IMG/VR virus record: IMGVR_UViG_3300034072_001021
Span: 195,141 to 259,140 of that record
Strand: one strand, 5' to 3'
DNA: 64,000 nucleotides
The notes under the pieces were generated by a model that was not told where the DNA came from, ran no database searches, and saw nothing but the letters and a program-made list of their open reading frames with translations. Below are positions 51,821 to 61,843 of this stretch, piece by piece. Each line of letters opens with the position of its first letter. Position 1 is the first letter of the stretch. Position numbers and translations under genes: made by a program.

Positions 51821-52708
51821 ATGAAACTCCTCGACTATGTTCGAAAACTGGGCAAATCTCTGTCCAAGGATGAGCTGCGTGAATCCATCCGTGTATTCAT
51901 GCAGGGTCTCCAGAAAGCCATCGAAAGCTTCATGAACGCCGAGACCACGGTTCAGTCGTTCAAGTCGAAAGCCGGCCGCGACTTCGAAGCCAACTTCGAC
52001 AAGGCGATTCGTCGTCCCCCGAAACTGTCGGTGTTCGGCTACATCCGTCAAGTGATGGCCAACATGGCCGTGACTGCTGAGATGCTGTCGGCGCTGGCTG
52101 ACAAGCAATTCGGTCAAGACGTCGTCGTCGAAGGCATTACCTACAAACGTGCAGAACTCCTGCGCACTATCGGGTACATGGACTTCGTGGTGTCGTACTC
52201 GATGCAGTTGCTGCATTATCTCCTGGTCGCTGAGGCGTCTGTGGTATCGAAGAGTCATGCCGATGGTCAAGAGCGTCCCAAGCCCGAACTGGCTTGGCTG
52301 ATGAACAACCAGAAAGCCTACCTGACCCTGCTGACTACCTTTGCTCGCCCCAGTCGTGAACTGGCTACGCTTCTGGATGCCATTCCGGACATCGCCATCG
52401 GTGACGATGACGAGCGTGTGATCGTTCCTCAGGTCGGTATCAACAAGATCGACCCGCTGAAAAACAACTTCATTCCGCTGGTCACCAAAGGTGCGATGTC
52501 GATCGGCCTGGCCTGGGTTCACTTCCAGGTACATCGTTACGAGCGTCTGAAAGAAGATGCTCGCTCGATCCAACTGCGCCTGGAACAACTGCGTCTGCAA
52601 GCCGAAGGCAAGCAAGATGCTCAACTCGAGCGCACCATCGAGAAGTACGAGCAGTACCTGAACCGTACTGCTGAGAAAATCGCCAAGATGGAGGAGAAGT
52701 GGACATGA
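51821..52708 (+). CDS. inner-body/head protein (phiKZ gp90-like)
   Basis: 295 aa with C-terminal coiled coil; synteny. Confidence 0.72.
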   Translation: MKLLDYVRKLGKSLSKDELRESIRVFMQGLQKAIESFMNAETTVQSFKSKAGRDFEANFDKAIRRPPKLSVFGYIRQVMANMAVTAEMLSALADKQFGQDVVVEGITYKRAELLRTIGYMDFVVSYSMQLLHYLLVAEASVVSKSHADGQERPKPELAWLMNNQKAYLTLLTTFARPSRELATLLDAIPDIAIGDDDERVIVPQVGINKIDPLKNNFIPLVTKGAMSIGLAWVHFQVHRYERLKEDARSIQLRLEQLRLQAEGKQDAQLERTIEKYEQYLNRTAEKIAKMEEKWT

Positions 52709-53232
52709 CAGTCCTACGTACCCATCGCGGTTTCGTTCTGGACAGTCGGTCTTCTCATCCGGAAGGCTACATCGACCTCCCGCTGGTAGATACCCTCTAT
52801 CAGCGCATGGAGGCCACTCATGACTGGCACGATGATTTCGAATATCTCGAGCAAGTTGTGAAGGCTGCCAAGCAGCTGCTGTTCACGAAAGACGACCGGT
52901 TCATCCTGACATCTCAACTGAAAGAACCGCTTCCTCATTGGGTTCTGAAGTTCACGTTGTCGACTCTGGACTTCCTGAACGGGAAACCTCGCCAGCTCAG
53001 CCTGGAGAATTTCCGTGATCTTATGGTGTTCCATCCGCAAGATGCCGTCACGCACGATCACTCCAAAGCGATCCGTGACAACAACTACGGCTGGATGTTC
53101 CAGGCTACCCCCGGTGACATCGTCTCTGCGTGGTTGTCCCAGGAAGATGGTTTGACTGATCTGGTGATGTCACTTTACCTGATCGGCGGTAAGTTGCCGA
53201 GTGATTGGCATTCCAAGTCTGAGGCTCTCTGA
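52705..53232 (+). CDS. conserved hypothetical protein (phiKZ gp91-like position)
   Basis: ATGA overlap with the previous gene. Confidence 0.75.
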   Translation: MTVLRTHRGFVLDSRSSHPEGYIDLPLVDTLYQRMEATHDWHDDFEYLEQVVKAAKQLLFTKDDRFILTSQLKEPLPHWVLKFTLSTLDFLNGKPRQLSLENFRDLMVFHPQDAVTHDHSKAIRDNNYGWMFQATPGDIVSAWLSQEDGLTDLVMSLYLIGGKLPSDWHSKSEAL

Positions 53233-53333
53233 GCCTCAGATTCATCCCTACACCTATGGTGTGCAGAGGTACACGCGTTGTCCTAGGTTCAACCGTACCT
53301 CTTTCTTTGTTTGCAAACATGGAGAACAACCCA

Positions 53334-54575
53334 ATGCGTAACAGCATTCTGCAAAGCGCCCTTTCCGTATCCCTGGAGTCCGATGACCTCCCGATGGAAG
53401 GCGCCGAACTGAACCCGGTCACCGAGACCACTACCGTTCAAGTGGACGAAGTCCTGGAAGAAGTGCGTGAAGCCGGCGATGCCGTCGAAGAGCACGAAGA
53501 AGCCGTCGAAGAACTGGACGGTGCTGCCGAGTCCCTCGAGTCCCTGATCGCCTCCCTGGAAAGCGCCATCGCCGATGGCGGCATGTCCCCGCAGACCGCC
53601 GACGTTCACAGCCGCGCCATGGCCAACGCCGTTCGTCGCCTGCCGATCGATGCCAGCCAGTTCACCGTCTCCAACGAGTCCTTCGGCGGCACCGGCGACA
53701 AGCTGGTTGCTTCGCAAGAAGCTCTGGAAGGCGCCAAGGCCATGCTGTCCAAGATCTGGGCTGCCATCAAGAACACCGTGATCAACGCCTGGAAAGCCGT
53801 GGTCAACTTCGTCCAGACCCTGGGCAAGTCCGCCGCCGCTCTGAACAAGGCCGGCAAGCTGCTGATCGCCAGCGCCAACTCCGTGAAGGGTGACGCCAAG
53901 GGCAAGAAGATCGACGCCACCGGCGTAGCCAAGCTGCTGCACGTGAACGGTGACTTCGACGGTAACGTTGCCGGCAAGCTGGCCACCATCGTTTCCAACG
54001 GCGCTCAAGTCGTGAACTCTGCCAAGGTCGCTCAGTCCGAGCTGACCAAGCTGGCTGGCGCCATCGCCACCGGCCGCACCACCACCGAAGAGCAAGCAGC
54101 TGGCCACGAAGCCATCCTGAAAGCTCTGCCGAAAGGCGCTCTGCCGGGCGGTCGCGAGATCGTCGAAAGCGAAGGTGGCATGCCGAAGCTGACCGCCAAG
54201 GTCGATCTGAAGCTGGCCAAAGTCGAGCTGGACGTGCCGGACGCTGCCGCCATCAAGGGCATCGGCCAGGGCATCATCAAGATCGCCCAGTTCATCGAAG
54301 ACTACGACAAGAAGTACTTCAAGGGCCTGCAGAAGTCCATCGACGAGTTCGTCACCAAGCAGGACAAGCTGATCGTCCGCATGGAGCTGGAAGACAAGGC
54401 CGAGACCGCCAAGGTTCGTGCTGAGCTGAACGGCTTCAAGAAGATCTCTTCGATCGCTCGCGCTGTCGGCCCGGACTACCTGGGCTACGCTGCCAACGCC
54501 GCCAAGGCCTCCTTCAACTTCGGTAAGAAGGCTCTGGCTGCCCTGGGTGGCAAGGCTGAAGCTGCCGCTGCCTAA
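53334..54575 (+). CDS. probably abundant internal head protein (gp93/gp162 paralog family)
   Basis: Acidic propeptide with SLE, SNE, ALE sites; extreme codon bias; RBS GGAG before ATG 53334. Confidence 0.8.
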   Translation: MRNSILQSALSVSLESDDLPMEGAELNPVTETTTVQVDEVLEEVREAGDAVEEHEEAVEELDGAAESLESLIASLESAIADGGMSPQTADVHSRAMANAVRRLPIDASQFTVSNESFGGTGDKLVASQEALEGAKAMLSKIWAAIKNTVINAWKAVVNFVQTLGKSAAALNKAGKLLIASANSVKGDAKGKKIDATGVAKLLHVNGDFDGNVAGKLATIVSNGAQVVNSAKVAQSELTKLAGAIATGRTTTEEQAAGHEAILKALPKGALPGGREIVESEGGMPKLTAKVDLKLAKVELDVPDAAAIKGIGQGIIKIAQFIEDYDKKYFKGLQKSIDEFVTKQDKLIVRMELEDKAETAKVRAELNGFKKISSIARAVGPDYLGYAANAAKASFNFGKKALAALGGKAEAAAA

Positions 54576-54594
54576 GCAGTAGCAACCTCGCGCT

Positions 54595-54628
54595 AGACCT
54601 ACCGGCTTCACGGCCGGTAGGTCTTTTA
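54595..54628 (+). terminator. intrinsic terminator
   Basis: AGACCTACCGGC/GCCGGTAGGTCT plus TTTT. Confidence 0.8.
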
Positions 54629-54688
54629 TTCCGTTTAGACGAATTCTATGGTGAATTGCCCTACTTAATTTTCTCAGAGAACTTTCCT

Positions 54689-55948
54689 ATGTCCGAGCAA
54701 GACCTGCTTACTCCGGTAGGCGACATTAGCGAGGGCTTCTACGATATCCTGGAGTCTCGTCGAGAGATTGTGGAAGGGAATGCTGAACTCGAATCTTTGT
54801 TCAATGCGACAGATGCACTCGAGTCACTTTCCAACCACCTCGACACCTACGACGTCGTTTCCACGGAACATCGGCAAGCACTTATCGTCAGTTTCGAAAA
54901 CCTGGTGGCAGGTAGTGGTCTGACAGTCAATGACATCATCCCTGAACTGGATGGTCATGCGGAAGGTCGTGTTTCCACTGAAAGCCTCAAGGACAAGCTC
55001 TACAATCTGTGGAAACGGATCGTAGCAGCCATCCTTGCAGTACTGGCTTCAATCAAGCGGTTCTGGAACAAGGTAGCATCGTTCCGTGGCCGTCTGCACA
55101 TGCATGCCGAACACATGGCCAAACTGGGTGCTGTCAGGAAACTGGCAACCATCAAGAACCCAGAAGTGACCATGGGCATCGAGATCAAATCGTTCATCCA
55201 GGGTGACCGTCCGATCTATGATCCGGATGGTGTCATTCGTGCACTGACCGCTGCTCTTGATCAGTACAAGACCTTTACCGACATCTACGGTAAAGAGATG
55301 GTCGGCATTGGTAGCCATTTCGAATCGATCCTCACGGGTAGCAAGTCTGGTCAAGAAGCCCTGCTCGATACCTGTGCCGTGTTCGAAGGACTGCCAATTA
55401 CCAAAATAGCCAGTAAGGTGAAGGCACTCGTTTATCGAGATCCTCGCTTTGGCAATCGCCTGACCATGGCCGCTCCTCCGGTCATCGGCGGTTGGACGCT
55501 GTTCTTTATCACGCTCGAGAAAGAGCAAGAAGAACTGAAAGAAACCAACCTGATTGCTTACGCCATGGCACTGCGCACTGTCGGTGTGAAGTTTGCGTAC
55601 AGTAACCCGAACGGTTTCAACATCAATGGTGGTAAGATGAAGACTGCTCACGGTAGCCAGGTACAGACCATGGCACTGCGAGTTATCGACATCCTCAATA
55701 CCATCGAAGCTCAAGAGAAGGCTGCTGCTGTCTCTCGTATCGAGGGTCAGATCAAAGCAGTGTTGCGTGGTGGCGAACGTTATCAGGCCCGTGTCTACGA
55801 TGGCAATGGTCATGATCAGAGCGTCCTGCGGTTTGCACGTAACTACGCCTCCTGGGCTATCGGGCCGGTTGACCAAATGGCAACAAATCTCCTTTCCGTA
55901 TCTCGCAGTGTACTCATGTACTGCAAGAAGTCTCTCGAACACAACTGA
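54689..55948 (+). CDS. internal head protein paralog
   Basis: ALES and STES sites followed by LYNLWKRIVAAI, the shared post-propeptide helix. Confidence 0.8.
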   Translation: MSEQDLLTPVGDISEGFYDILESRREIVEGNAELESLFNATDALESLSNHLDTYDVVSTEHRQALIVSFENLVAGSGLTVNDIIPELDGHAEGRVSTESLKDKLYNLWKRIVAAILAVLASIKRFWNKVASFRGRLHMHAEHMAKLGAVRKLATIKNPEVTMGIEIKSFIQGDRPIYDPDGVIRALTAALDQYKTFTDIYGKEMVGIGSHFESILTGSKSGQEALLDTCAVFEGLPITKIASKVKALVYRDPRFGNRLTMAAPPVIGGWTLFFITLEKEQEELKETNLIAYAMALRTVGVKFAYSNPNGFNINGGKMKTAHGSQVQTMALRVIDILNTIEAQEKAAAVSRIEGQIKAVLRGGERYQARVYDGNGHDQSVLRFARNYASWAIGPVDQMATNLLSVSRSVLMYCKKSLEHN

Positions 55949-55959
55949 GGTCTCAACGA

Positions 55960-57375
55960 ATGAAACCCTCCCTGGAATCTCTGCTCCAAGACTCCTTGAG
56001 CGAACTCAAGGACATGAATGGCGCGAACCTTCCGGCACAGCCGGGCCCTGTCGAATCGCTGGACGTGATCACTCACGAACAAGTACGTCAGGAAGTGCTC
56101 GACCATATCAACGGCGAGCGTGACTCGGTCGAGAACGAAGTCAACAACTTCGACGCTGATGCATTCATCGAGCAGAACGCCATCGATCACGGTCGTCTTC
56201 GTCAAGAGATCGGTGAAGTGCGTGAACTGGTCGGCTCCGTGGTATCTGCCATGGAAATGCTGTCCTGCGTCACCTCCATGGAAAGCATCGACGAAGGTGC
56301 TGTCGCCATGGCGAACACCGCACTGGGCACCATCGCTGTCCAGACCGCTCAGGACAACATCCCGGCCTTCGTGGTCGAAGATGGCAAGATGACTACTGCT
56401 TCCATGGAAAGCGTGGTTGACTTCATCGTCACTTCCCTGAAGAAGATGAAGAAGTGGATCAAGGAGAAGTGGGACAACATCGTCATCGGCTGGCGCCGTG
56501 GTATCCGTACCGACCAAGTGACTCGCCTGCGTATCGAAGCCATCCAGAAGCGCATTGCTTCCATCGGCGGTGACTACGGTATCCCGGTCAAGCAGATGCG
56601 CTACAACCCGGAAATGGTCGGCTACCTCTATCGTGACGGCTCGCCGATCGCGTTCGAGAAGAGCGCCCTGACTGCTGCTCTGGCTGAAGCTATCGAGTAC
56701 ACCTCCTGGGCTAACAAGAACCTCGCTGCCGACGCCTCCAAGCGCAGTCTGGCCATCTCCGACAACGTCGGTAAGGTGTTGATGACTCGCGACGGCGTTG
56801 AAGCCGAGAAGATGCTGCGCGAGATGTTCAAGGAAGTGAGTGGTAAGAACCCGTCCGAAGCTTTCCTGGCCTACGGTAAGGAAGTCACTGGCGGTGCTAC
56901 CTTCCTCGACCCGCACGCTGCAGCTGGCCGACCGAGCCGTGATGTCGAGTGGATCGCTGAGCTGGCGGACTATATCCGTGTACCGTTCGGTCACGTACGT
57001 TTCCGCAAGTCTGGCCAGTTCTCCACCAAGGCCAACACCCTGGAAGAGATCAGCGCGGCCCTGGAAGTCGCCATCGAAGCGATCGAAAGCGAAGCCTACA
57101 ACGACTACAACTGGTATAACGAGATCTCCGGCGCCTGGAACTCGGCTTACCAGATGTACGACCGCATGATCAACACTGTGAACGGTGTGTACCTGCCGCA
57201 CATGAACAACGAACTGTGGCGCGCGCTCGACGTCGCCTGCAGTGCCATGTTCGTGATGGTGGAGCGTGCCTACTACCAGACGATCTACATGCGTTCCCCG
57301 TCGTTCCGTCTGATCCAAGGCCTGGTCTACGTCTGCGAAGAGCAGATGAAAGCCTACGCCGCTGTCAACCGTTAA
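55960..57375 (+). CDS. internal head protein paralog
   Basis: SLES and SMES x2, then VVDFIVTSLKKMKKWIKE. Confidence 0.8.
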   Translation: MKPSLESLLQDSLSELKDMNGANLPAQPGPVESLDVITHEQVRQEVLDHINGERDSVENEVNNFDADAFIEQNAIDHGRLRQEIGEVRELVGSVVSAMEMLSCVTSMESIDEGAVAMANTALGTIAVQTAQDNIPAFVVEDGKMTTASMESVVDFIVTSLKKMKKWIKEKWDNIVIGWRRGIRTDQVTRLRIEAIQKRIASIGGDYGIPVKQMRYNPEMVGYLYRDGSPIAFEKSALTAALAEAIEYTSWANKNLAADASKRSLAISDNVGKVLMTRDGVEAEKMLREMFKEVSGKNPSEAFLAYGKEVTGGATFLDPHAAAGRPSRDVEWIAELADYIRVPFGHVRFRKSGQFSTKANTLEEISAALEVAIEAIESEAYNDYNWYNEISGAWNSAYQMYDRMINTVNGVYLPHMNNELWRALDVACSAMFVMVERAYYQTIYMRSPSFRLIQGLVYVCEEQMKAYAAVNR

Positions 57376-57383
57376 TGCGACAT

Positions 57384-57420
57384 ATACAGGGGAGCCTAAG
57401 GCTCCCCTGTATGCCGTTTT
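57384..57420 (+). terminator. hairpin terminator
   Basis: ATACAGGGGAGCC-TAA-GGCTCCCCTGTAT then GCCGTTTT. Confidence 0.8.
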
Positions 57421-57427
57421 GATTCGA

Positions 57428-57461
57428 CTATTTTTCAACAATACATAGTGGTGTTGAATAG
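57428..57461 (+). promoter_or_regulatory. putative early promoter
   Basis: TTTCAACAATACATAGTGGTGTTGAATA, one mismatch to 23710-23737. Confidence 0.75.
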
Positions 57462-57502
57462 GAAGAATGATCTTCCATAACCATGCCTAAGGAGGCTACG
57501 CG

Positions 57503-58096
57503 ATGATTTACAATAGCAGTCTGAAAAGCGTTTTCGACCGTATCAATGCTTTCGCCGATGGCGACCGCATTGTGTTTTCGGATGAGACTGGTCTCATCCA
57601 TTATGGTGTGATGCAGTGCACCGCGGTGGCAAATGTCGACGTAAGTTCGACACTGCTCCATCGTATTGCCAAGGCGACCGGCCACCCTCTTATCAAAGAG
57701 AGCGGTCGGAATACCCTGCAGCTTGATCATAATATCAAGCTGCATGAGGGCACTAACCTGGGCTCGGTGCATGTCAAGGAAGGGTATTACGTATATCCTT
57801 TCGAGAACACCAAAGCTCGTCTCAAGATCAATGGGTATAAAGGTCCTCTGGATCTCCCTGGGGTCAAAGCACCGGCTTCTCTCAAAAAGGAGGAGAAGGT
57901 TCCGACATGGGGCGAGTTGTCGGAAGCTGAGATGGACTATGAAGCACGCTGCAAGCGTGCCGACTGGTACTATAGTTTCTCTGACGACCAGCGGGTGTGG
58001 CGAGCTGGCAAAGCCGAGTGCGAGGCTTTGCAGAAAGAAGCCATGTCCAATGGCGGGAACTATGATCTGATCTACAAGTACTACAGTACTCGTTGA
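57503..58096 (+). CDS. hypothetical protein, putatively early, inserted in the structural cluster
   Basis: RBS AAGGAGG; own promoter and terminator. Confidence 0.8.
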   Translation: MIYNSSLKSVFDRINAFADGDRIVFSDETGLIHYGVMQCTAVANVDVSSTLLHRIAKATGHPLIKESGRNTLQLDHNIKLHEGTNLGSVHVKEGYYVYPFENTKARLKINGYKGPLDLPGVKAPASLKKEEKVPTWGELSEAEMDYEARCKRADWYYSFSDDQRVWRAGKAECEALQKEAMSNGGNYDLIYKYYSTR

Positions 58097-58105
58097 TCGT
58101 CATAG

Positions 58106-58150
58106 GTAGGGTGGCTGATGCCACCCTACTCCCGTTTCTTTTTTCTTTTA
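58106..58150 (+). terminator. intrinsic terminator
   Basis: GTAGGGTGGC-TGAT-GCCACCCTAC plus long T-tract. Confidence 0.85.
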
Positions 58151-58192
58151 TTGCCCGATTTTATGACAATCTTCATTGACGGGGAGTCCCCC

Positions 58193-59851
58193 ATGCCCAA
58201 CCTGATTATTCCGATACCGGTCACATTAGATTCAGTCTCCCGCAGGGTGGCTAAGTCTGTAATCGATAATGTCATGCGTATCACGAATATCGACCAAACT
58301 ACACGTGTGGAGATTCGTGGCGAGCAAGGTATGGCTTCCCAGCCTGGCTCCGAAATCGAAGACAAAGGCATCACCAACCGCTTTATTCATGAAGGTCGTG
58401 TGATGGTGTCGTTCCGTGAAACCTACGTTGATACCGAAGTGATCAACGCTGAGGTGCGTCACCCCTACGCCCAACCTATTTTTTCTGATCCCTCAATCGG
58501 GGTAATGATCAAGCCTATCTACAGCAACACCGAGATGGAACTGAACTTTACCTACCGGGCAAAGAGCAAACAAGAAGCCATCGTCTGGCGTGACGACGTC
58601 AAAGTGAGAATGGGTGACAACCGTCAATCTCACCTCCATGAAGTCGACTATCATTTCCCAGTACCAGGTTTCTGCGCTAAGCTCCTGATGCACATCCATT
58701 CTCTTCGTGAGAACGTGGCGGGATACGGTGAGTCGTTGGGCGAGTACCTCAAGCGTCATTACACCAAGCGTGCTACAGTCCTGGTCAATCAAGCAGGCGA
58801 TCTGGAAAACAGTCTGCTGGTGATTGCTGAGAAGCAGCTGGGTGTACAGGGTTGGTTTGACTTCGATCTTCCTGTTGAGGAAGAAAAGAATGAAGAAGGT
58901 CCAAGCTACCTGATCCAGTTCAACTACAAGTTCAGTTACAACAAGCCCGTCGAAGTCAATGTGCTCTATCCGCAAGTGGTGCACAACCAACTGATCTCGA
59001 CTGACTTCTTGGTGACTCGTCCTCGCACTGAAGATCCTCTTCAACTGCCGACGTACAAGAGCGATTACCGGTTTGCTCTGGATCACTTCGACTATCTGGC
59101 GCGGATTCCTCCTCGTGCCATTGGTGGTGTCGCTATCCCGGCATTTGACGAATGGATTCCCAAGCAGATCGTACCCTACACCACGACGTTCATGAGTATC
59201 ATGGTGGTGTTTGAAGCCAAGGATCTCAATCTGGTGATTGGCTCCAAGGAGATTCAGGATATCGGGTTCGAACCTGACATCCTGCAGTTCATGCGTGTCG
59301 CCGGCAGTAAGATGGTTACACTCGGCCGTTGTCCGATCCACTTCTCATTGTTCCGGGGCGATGAGTACATCGCCGACGGCGACCTTGATGTAGTGGTCAT
59401 GGATCATGCGTTTGAGATCCGTACTAAGACACCGGTTGACCTTCGTCAGAACTACCATTTGCGGATGGGGTTCTGTACTGAAATCTCCAAATACACCGAT
59501 GAAGCTCTGATGAGTCTCCATCACAATGGTTTCGTTGCTCTGCGGTTGTTCCAGTCTGTGGTCAATCGACTGGATGTTGAAGACGCTCAAGCCAACTGGA
59601 TGACCGAGGATGGTAAACTGAGTATCGAATACATCAAGCGATTCTTCGCCATGCTTCGCTATCAGCGCATCGGCTACAACAGTGACCCTGGTCATAACCC
59701 AGGCGATCGTCCTGGTTATTCGACTGGTGTTAACAACGACCGTGAGAATGAAGAGAGCTGGTTCGAGAACGATCGTAACTTCGGTTACCGCATGGACACT
59801 CCGTACGTCGAGATCCTGACGATTATCGCTCAGAACAAGAACAGAGGCTAG
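58193..59851 (+). CDS. virion structural protein (phiKZ gp98-like position)
   Basis: RBS GGGGAG before ATG 58193; long ORF; synteny. Confidence 0.75.
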   Translation: MPNLIIPIPVTLDSVSRRVAKSVIDNVMRITNIDQTTRVEIRGEQGMASQPGSEIEDKGITNRFIHEGRVMVSFRETYVDTEVINAEVRHPYAQPIFSDPSIGVMIKPIYSNTEMELNFTYRAKSKQEAIVWRDDVKVRMGDNRQSHLHEVDYHFPVPGFCAKLLMHIHSLRENVAGYGESLGEYLKRHYTKRATVLVNQAGDLENSLLVIAEKQLGVQGWFDFDLPVEEEKNEEGPSYLIQFNYKFSYNKPVEVNVLYPQVVHNQLISTDFLVTRPRTEDPLQLPTYKSDYRFALDHFDYLARIPPRAIGGVAIPAFDEWIPKQIVPYTTTFMSIMVVFEAKDLNLVIGSKEIQDIGFEPDILQFMRVAGSKMVTLGRCPIHFSLFRGDEYIADGDLDVVVMDHAFEIRTKTPVDLRQNYHLRMGFCTEISKYTDEALMSLHHNGFVALRLFQSVVNRLDVEDAQANWMTEDGKLSIEYIKRFFAMLRYQRIGYNSDPGHNPGDRPGYSTGVNNDRENEESWFENDRNFGYRMDTPYVEILTIIAQNKNRG

Positions 59852-59855
59852 TGAA

Positions 59856-61253
59856 ATGCCAATCCCAGAAATCCCGAACATCGACACCGTGCAACCCACT
59901 CCTGAGGTTGCTCCTGTCGTGATTCAACCGCCGACGTTCAAGTCGGCTACGGTGGACACTGATCTGGTCAACTACGACCAGCTCACCACCTACGTGGCGG
60001 GTCAGGCATGGTACGTCGATTACTTCAAACGTGTGCGGGGTCGTGATGACGACAACCGCCCGTATGAAGCCGATCTCCATGCAGTGTACCAACAGTACAG
60101 TCTGATCAAAGGGTTTGAGTTCAAGGTTACCAGTCCTCTGGCTCCTTCCCAAGATGCCACCACCAAGGACATGTCCCTGAAAGGCACCGCCAATGTCTAC
60201 GGTATCCTGATCCCTAACGAGGGTGACGTATTCCTGGCCGACATTGGCGATGGTCGCGAAGGCATGTTCACGATCACTCGTTCCACCCGCATGTCCCACT
60301 ACAACTCGACGATCCATGAAGTCGAGTATTCGATGACGCACCAAGGTTCTAAAGAACTGCGGGACGATATCATGTCGAAGACTGTCGAGGTGTCCGTCTT
60401 CCATAAGGACTTCCTCGATACTGGGAACATGCCGTTGCTGTCCGAAGAGCAGACTGCTCTGGTCAACAACATGAAGGAGCACTACGGTCGCCTGATAGCG
60501 CTGTATTTCCACGACTTCTTCTCTCACAACTACAAGACGCTTCTGGTACCCAACCAGCATGTAGTCACCTACGATCCGTTCATCGTCCGTTACATCAAGA
60601 CAATCTTGACGACCGACGATCATCCAGTCATGCGCCACATCAAAGAGTTCAACGTGCAAGGCGATCAGACCATGTACGAGTTCACTCTGTGGAACTGCCT
60701 GGAATCGATGGATCATAACCTGCTGGCTATGAGCGTTCATAAGGCCGGTCTGGTGGATGTCAAGCAGTTTTACAACGGTAAACCGACCCTGAACAGTGTG
60801 TATTACACCGGTGTCGGCTGTGTGGTGTATCCGGATATGTCTCCAACGACCGTAGACGCTGGCTACTGCGGTTTTAGCGATCCGATGCTAGAGGACATCG
60901 TCCGCGGTGCAGCACGCTTCAGAGAGCTTAATAGGCTGTTTAAATCCACATTGGAAATGGACAAGTCTGTTGAGATCTACGAGGTGGGTTCGCCTGAGAA
61001 CACTCCACAGATCAAGCGCGTTACTGTTGACGATTACTACGTCTTCAGTGAGCAGTTCTATCGTCATACCGGCGAGATCAAACTGTCCAAGCTTGAAGCC
61101 GTGACTATGGCCGCTCTGAAAGGAGAAGCCATCGACATCCGTATCCTCAACGAACTGTGCACCTGGGCACCGAAGTGGGATAACGTGGAACGGTTCTACT
61201 ACATTCCGATCCTGCTTCATCTGCTTAAGGTCTACAAGCGGAGAATCAAGTAA
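59856..61253 (+). CDS. virion structural protein (phiKZ gp99-like position)
   Basis: 465 aa; PNEGDVFLADIGDGR motif. Confidence 0.75.
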   Translation: MPIPEIPNIDTVQPTPEVAPVVIQPPTFKSATVDTDLVNYDQLTTYVAGQAWYVDYFKRVRGRDDDNRPYEADLHAVYQQYSLIKGFEFKVTSPLAPSQDATTKDMSLKGTANVYGILIPNEGDVFLADIGDGREGMFTITRSTRMSHYNSTIHEVEYSMTHQGSKELRDDIMSKTVEVSVFHKDFLDTGNMPLLSEEQTALVNNMKEHYGRLIALYFHDFFSHNYKTLLVPNQHVVTYDPFIVRYIKTILTTDDHPVMRHIKEFNVQGDQTMYEFTLWNCLESMDHNLLAMSVHKAGLVDVKQFYNGKPTLNSVYYTGVGCVVYPDMSPTTVDAGYCGFSDPMLEDIVRGAARFRELNRLFKSTLEMDKSVEIYEVGSPENTPQIKRVTVDDYYVFSEQFYRHTGEIKLSKLEAVTMAALKGEAIDIRILNELCTWAPKWDNVERFYYIPILLHLLKVYKRRIK

Positions 61254-61826
61254 ATGTCGCTGCGCGATGCAGAGAGCATACGGAAACACATCTTCGGAGG
61301 GAAGACCTACCTCTACGCCATTCCTGGCTATCACCGTTACTCGAAAGAGTACAACCAGATCGTAGGTCATCTGAGTACCGGCAGTGCGAAAGGCGACATT
61401 GACGCCATGAACGAGTACGTGAACGTCGGTGGTTCGATCGCTGATATCTTGCGCCTGTTTGAAAAGGGCGCAGATATCAAGTTCCAAGATCCGAGAGACC
61501 TCGTAGAAATCTACGAGGTCATTGTGGCTCACGTCAACAACTGGGTACATTACGTCAACACCGACCCGAACGTCAAAGACGCACCTCTGAAGTCGCTTCA
61601 ACTGATGACAGAGTTTGCTGAATGCATTCGTGATCGTGTCATTGGCTACAAGCCCAAAGTCGAAGACATTCCTGAACTCAACCGTGTTAAAGCGCTGTTC
61701 GGTTCTGTGGGTGGTATCGAGGCTATCTTCTCCGACACCAACGTTGGTGAAGAAGTGCACTCGCCATCACCCATGGTGGATCGCATTGCAGAGATGCTCA
61801 ACAAGCGTAAACAAGGTAAGTTCTAA
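61254..61826 (+). CDS. conserved hypothetical protein, 190 aa
   Basis: Abuts the previous gene. Confidence 0.75.
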   Translation: MSLRDAESIRKHIFGGKTYLYAIPGYHRYSKEYNQIVGHLSTGSAKGDIDAMNEYVNVGGSIADILRLFEKGADIKFQDPRDLVEIYEVIVAHVNNWVHYVNTDPNVKDAPLKSLQLMTEFAECIRDRVIGYKPKVEDIPELNRVKALFGSVGGIEAIFSDTNVGEEVHSPSPMVDRIAEMLNKRKQGKF

Positions 61827-61843
61827 TCTCAACAGGTGTTACC

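Noticed and set aside
44865-57375. Diversity-generating retroelement or recent duplication among head-protein paralogs
   Set aside because: No near-identical template/variable repeat pair was seen and there is no reverse transcriptase in the window
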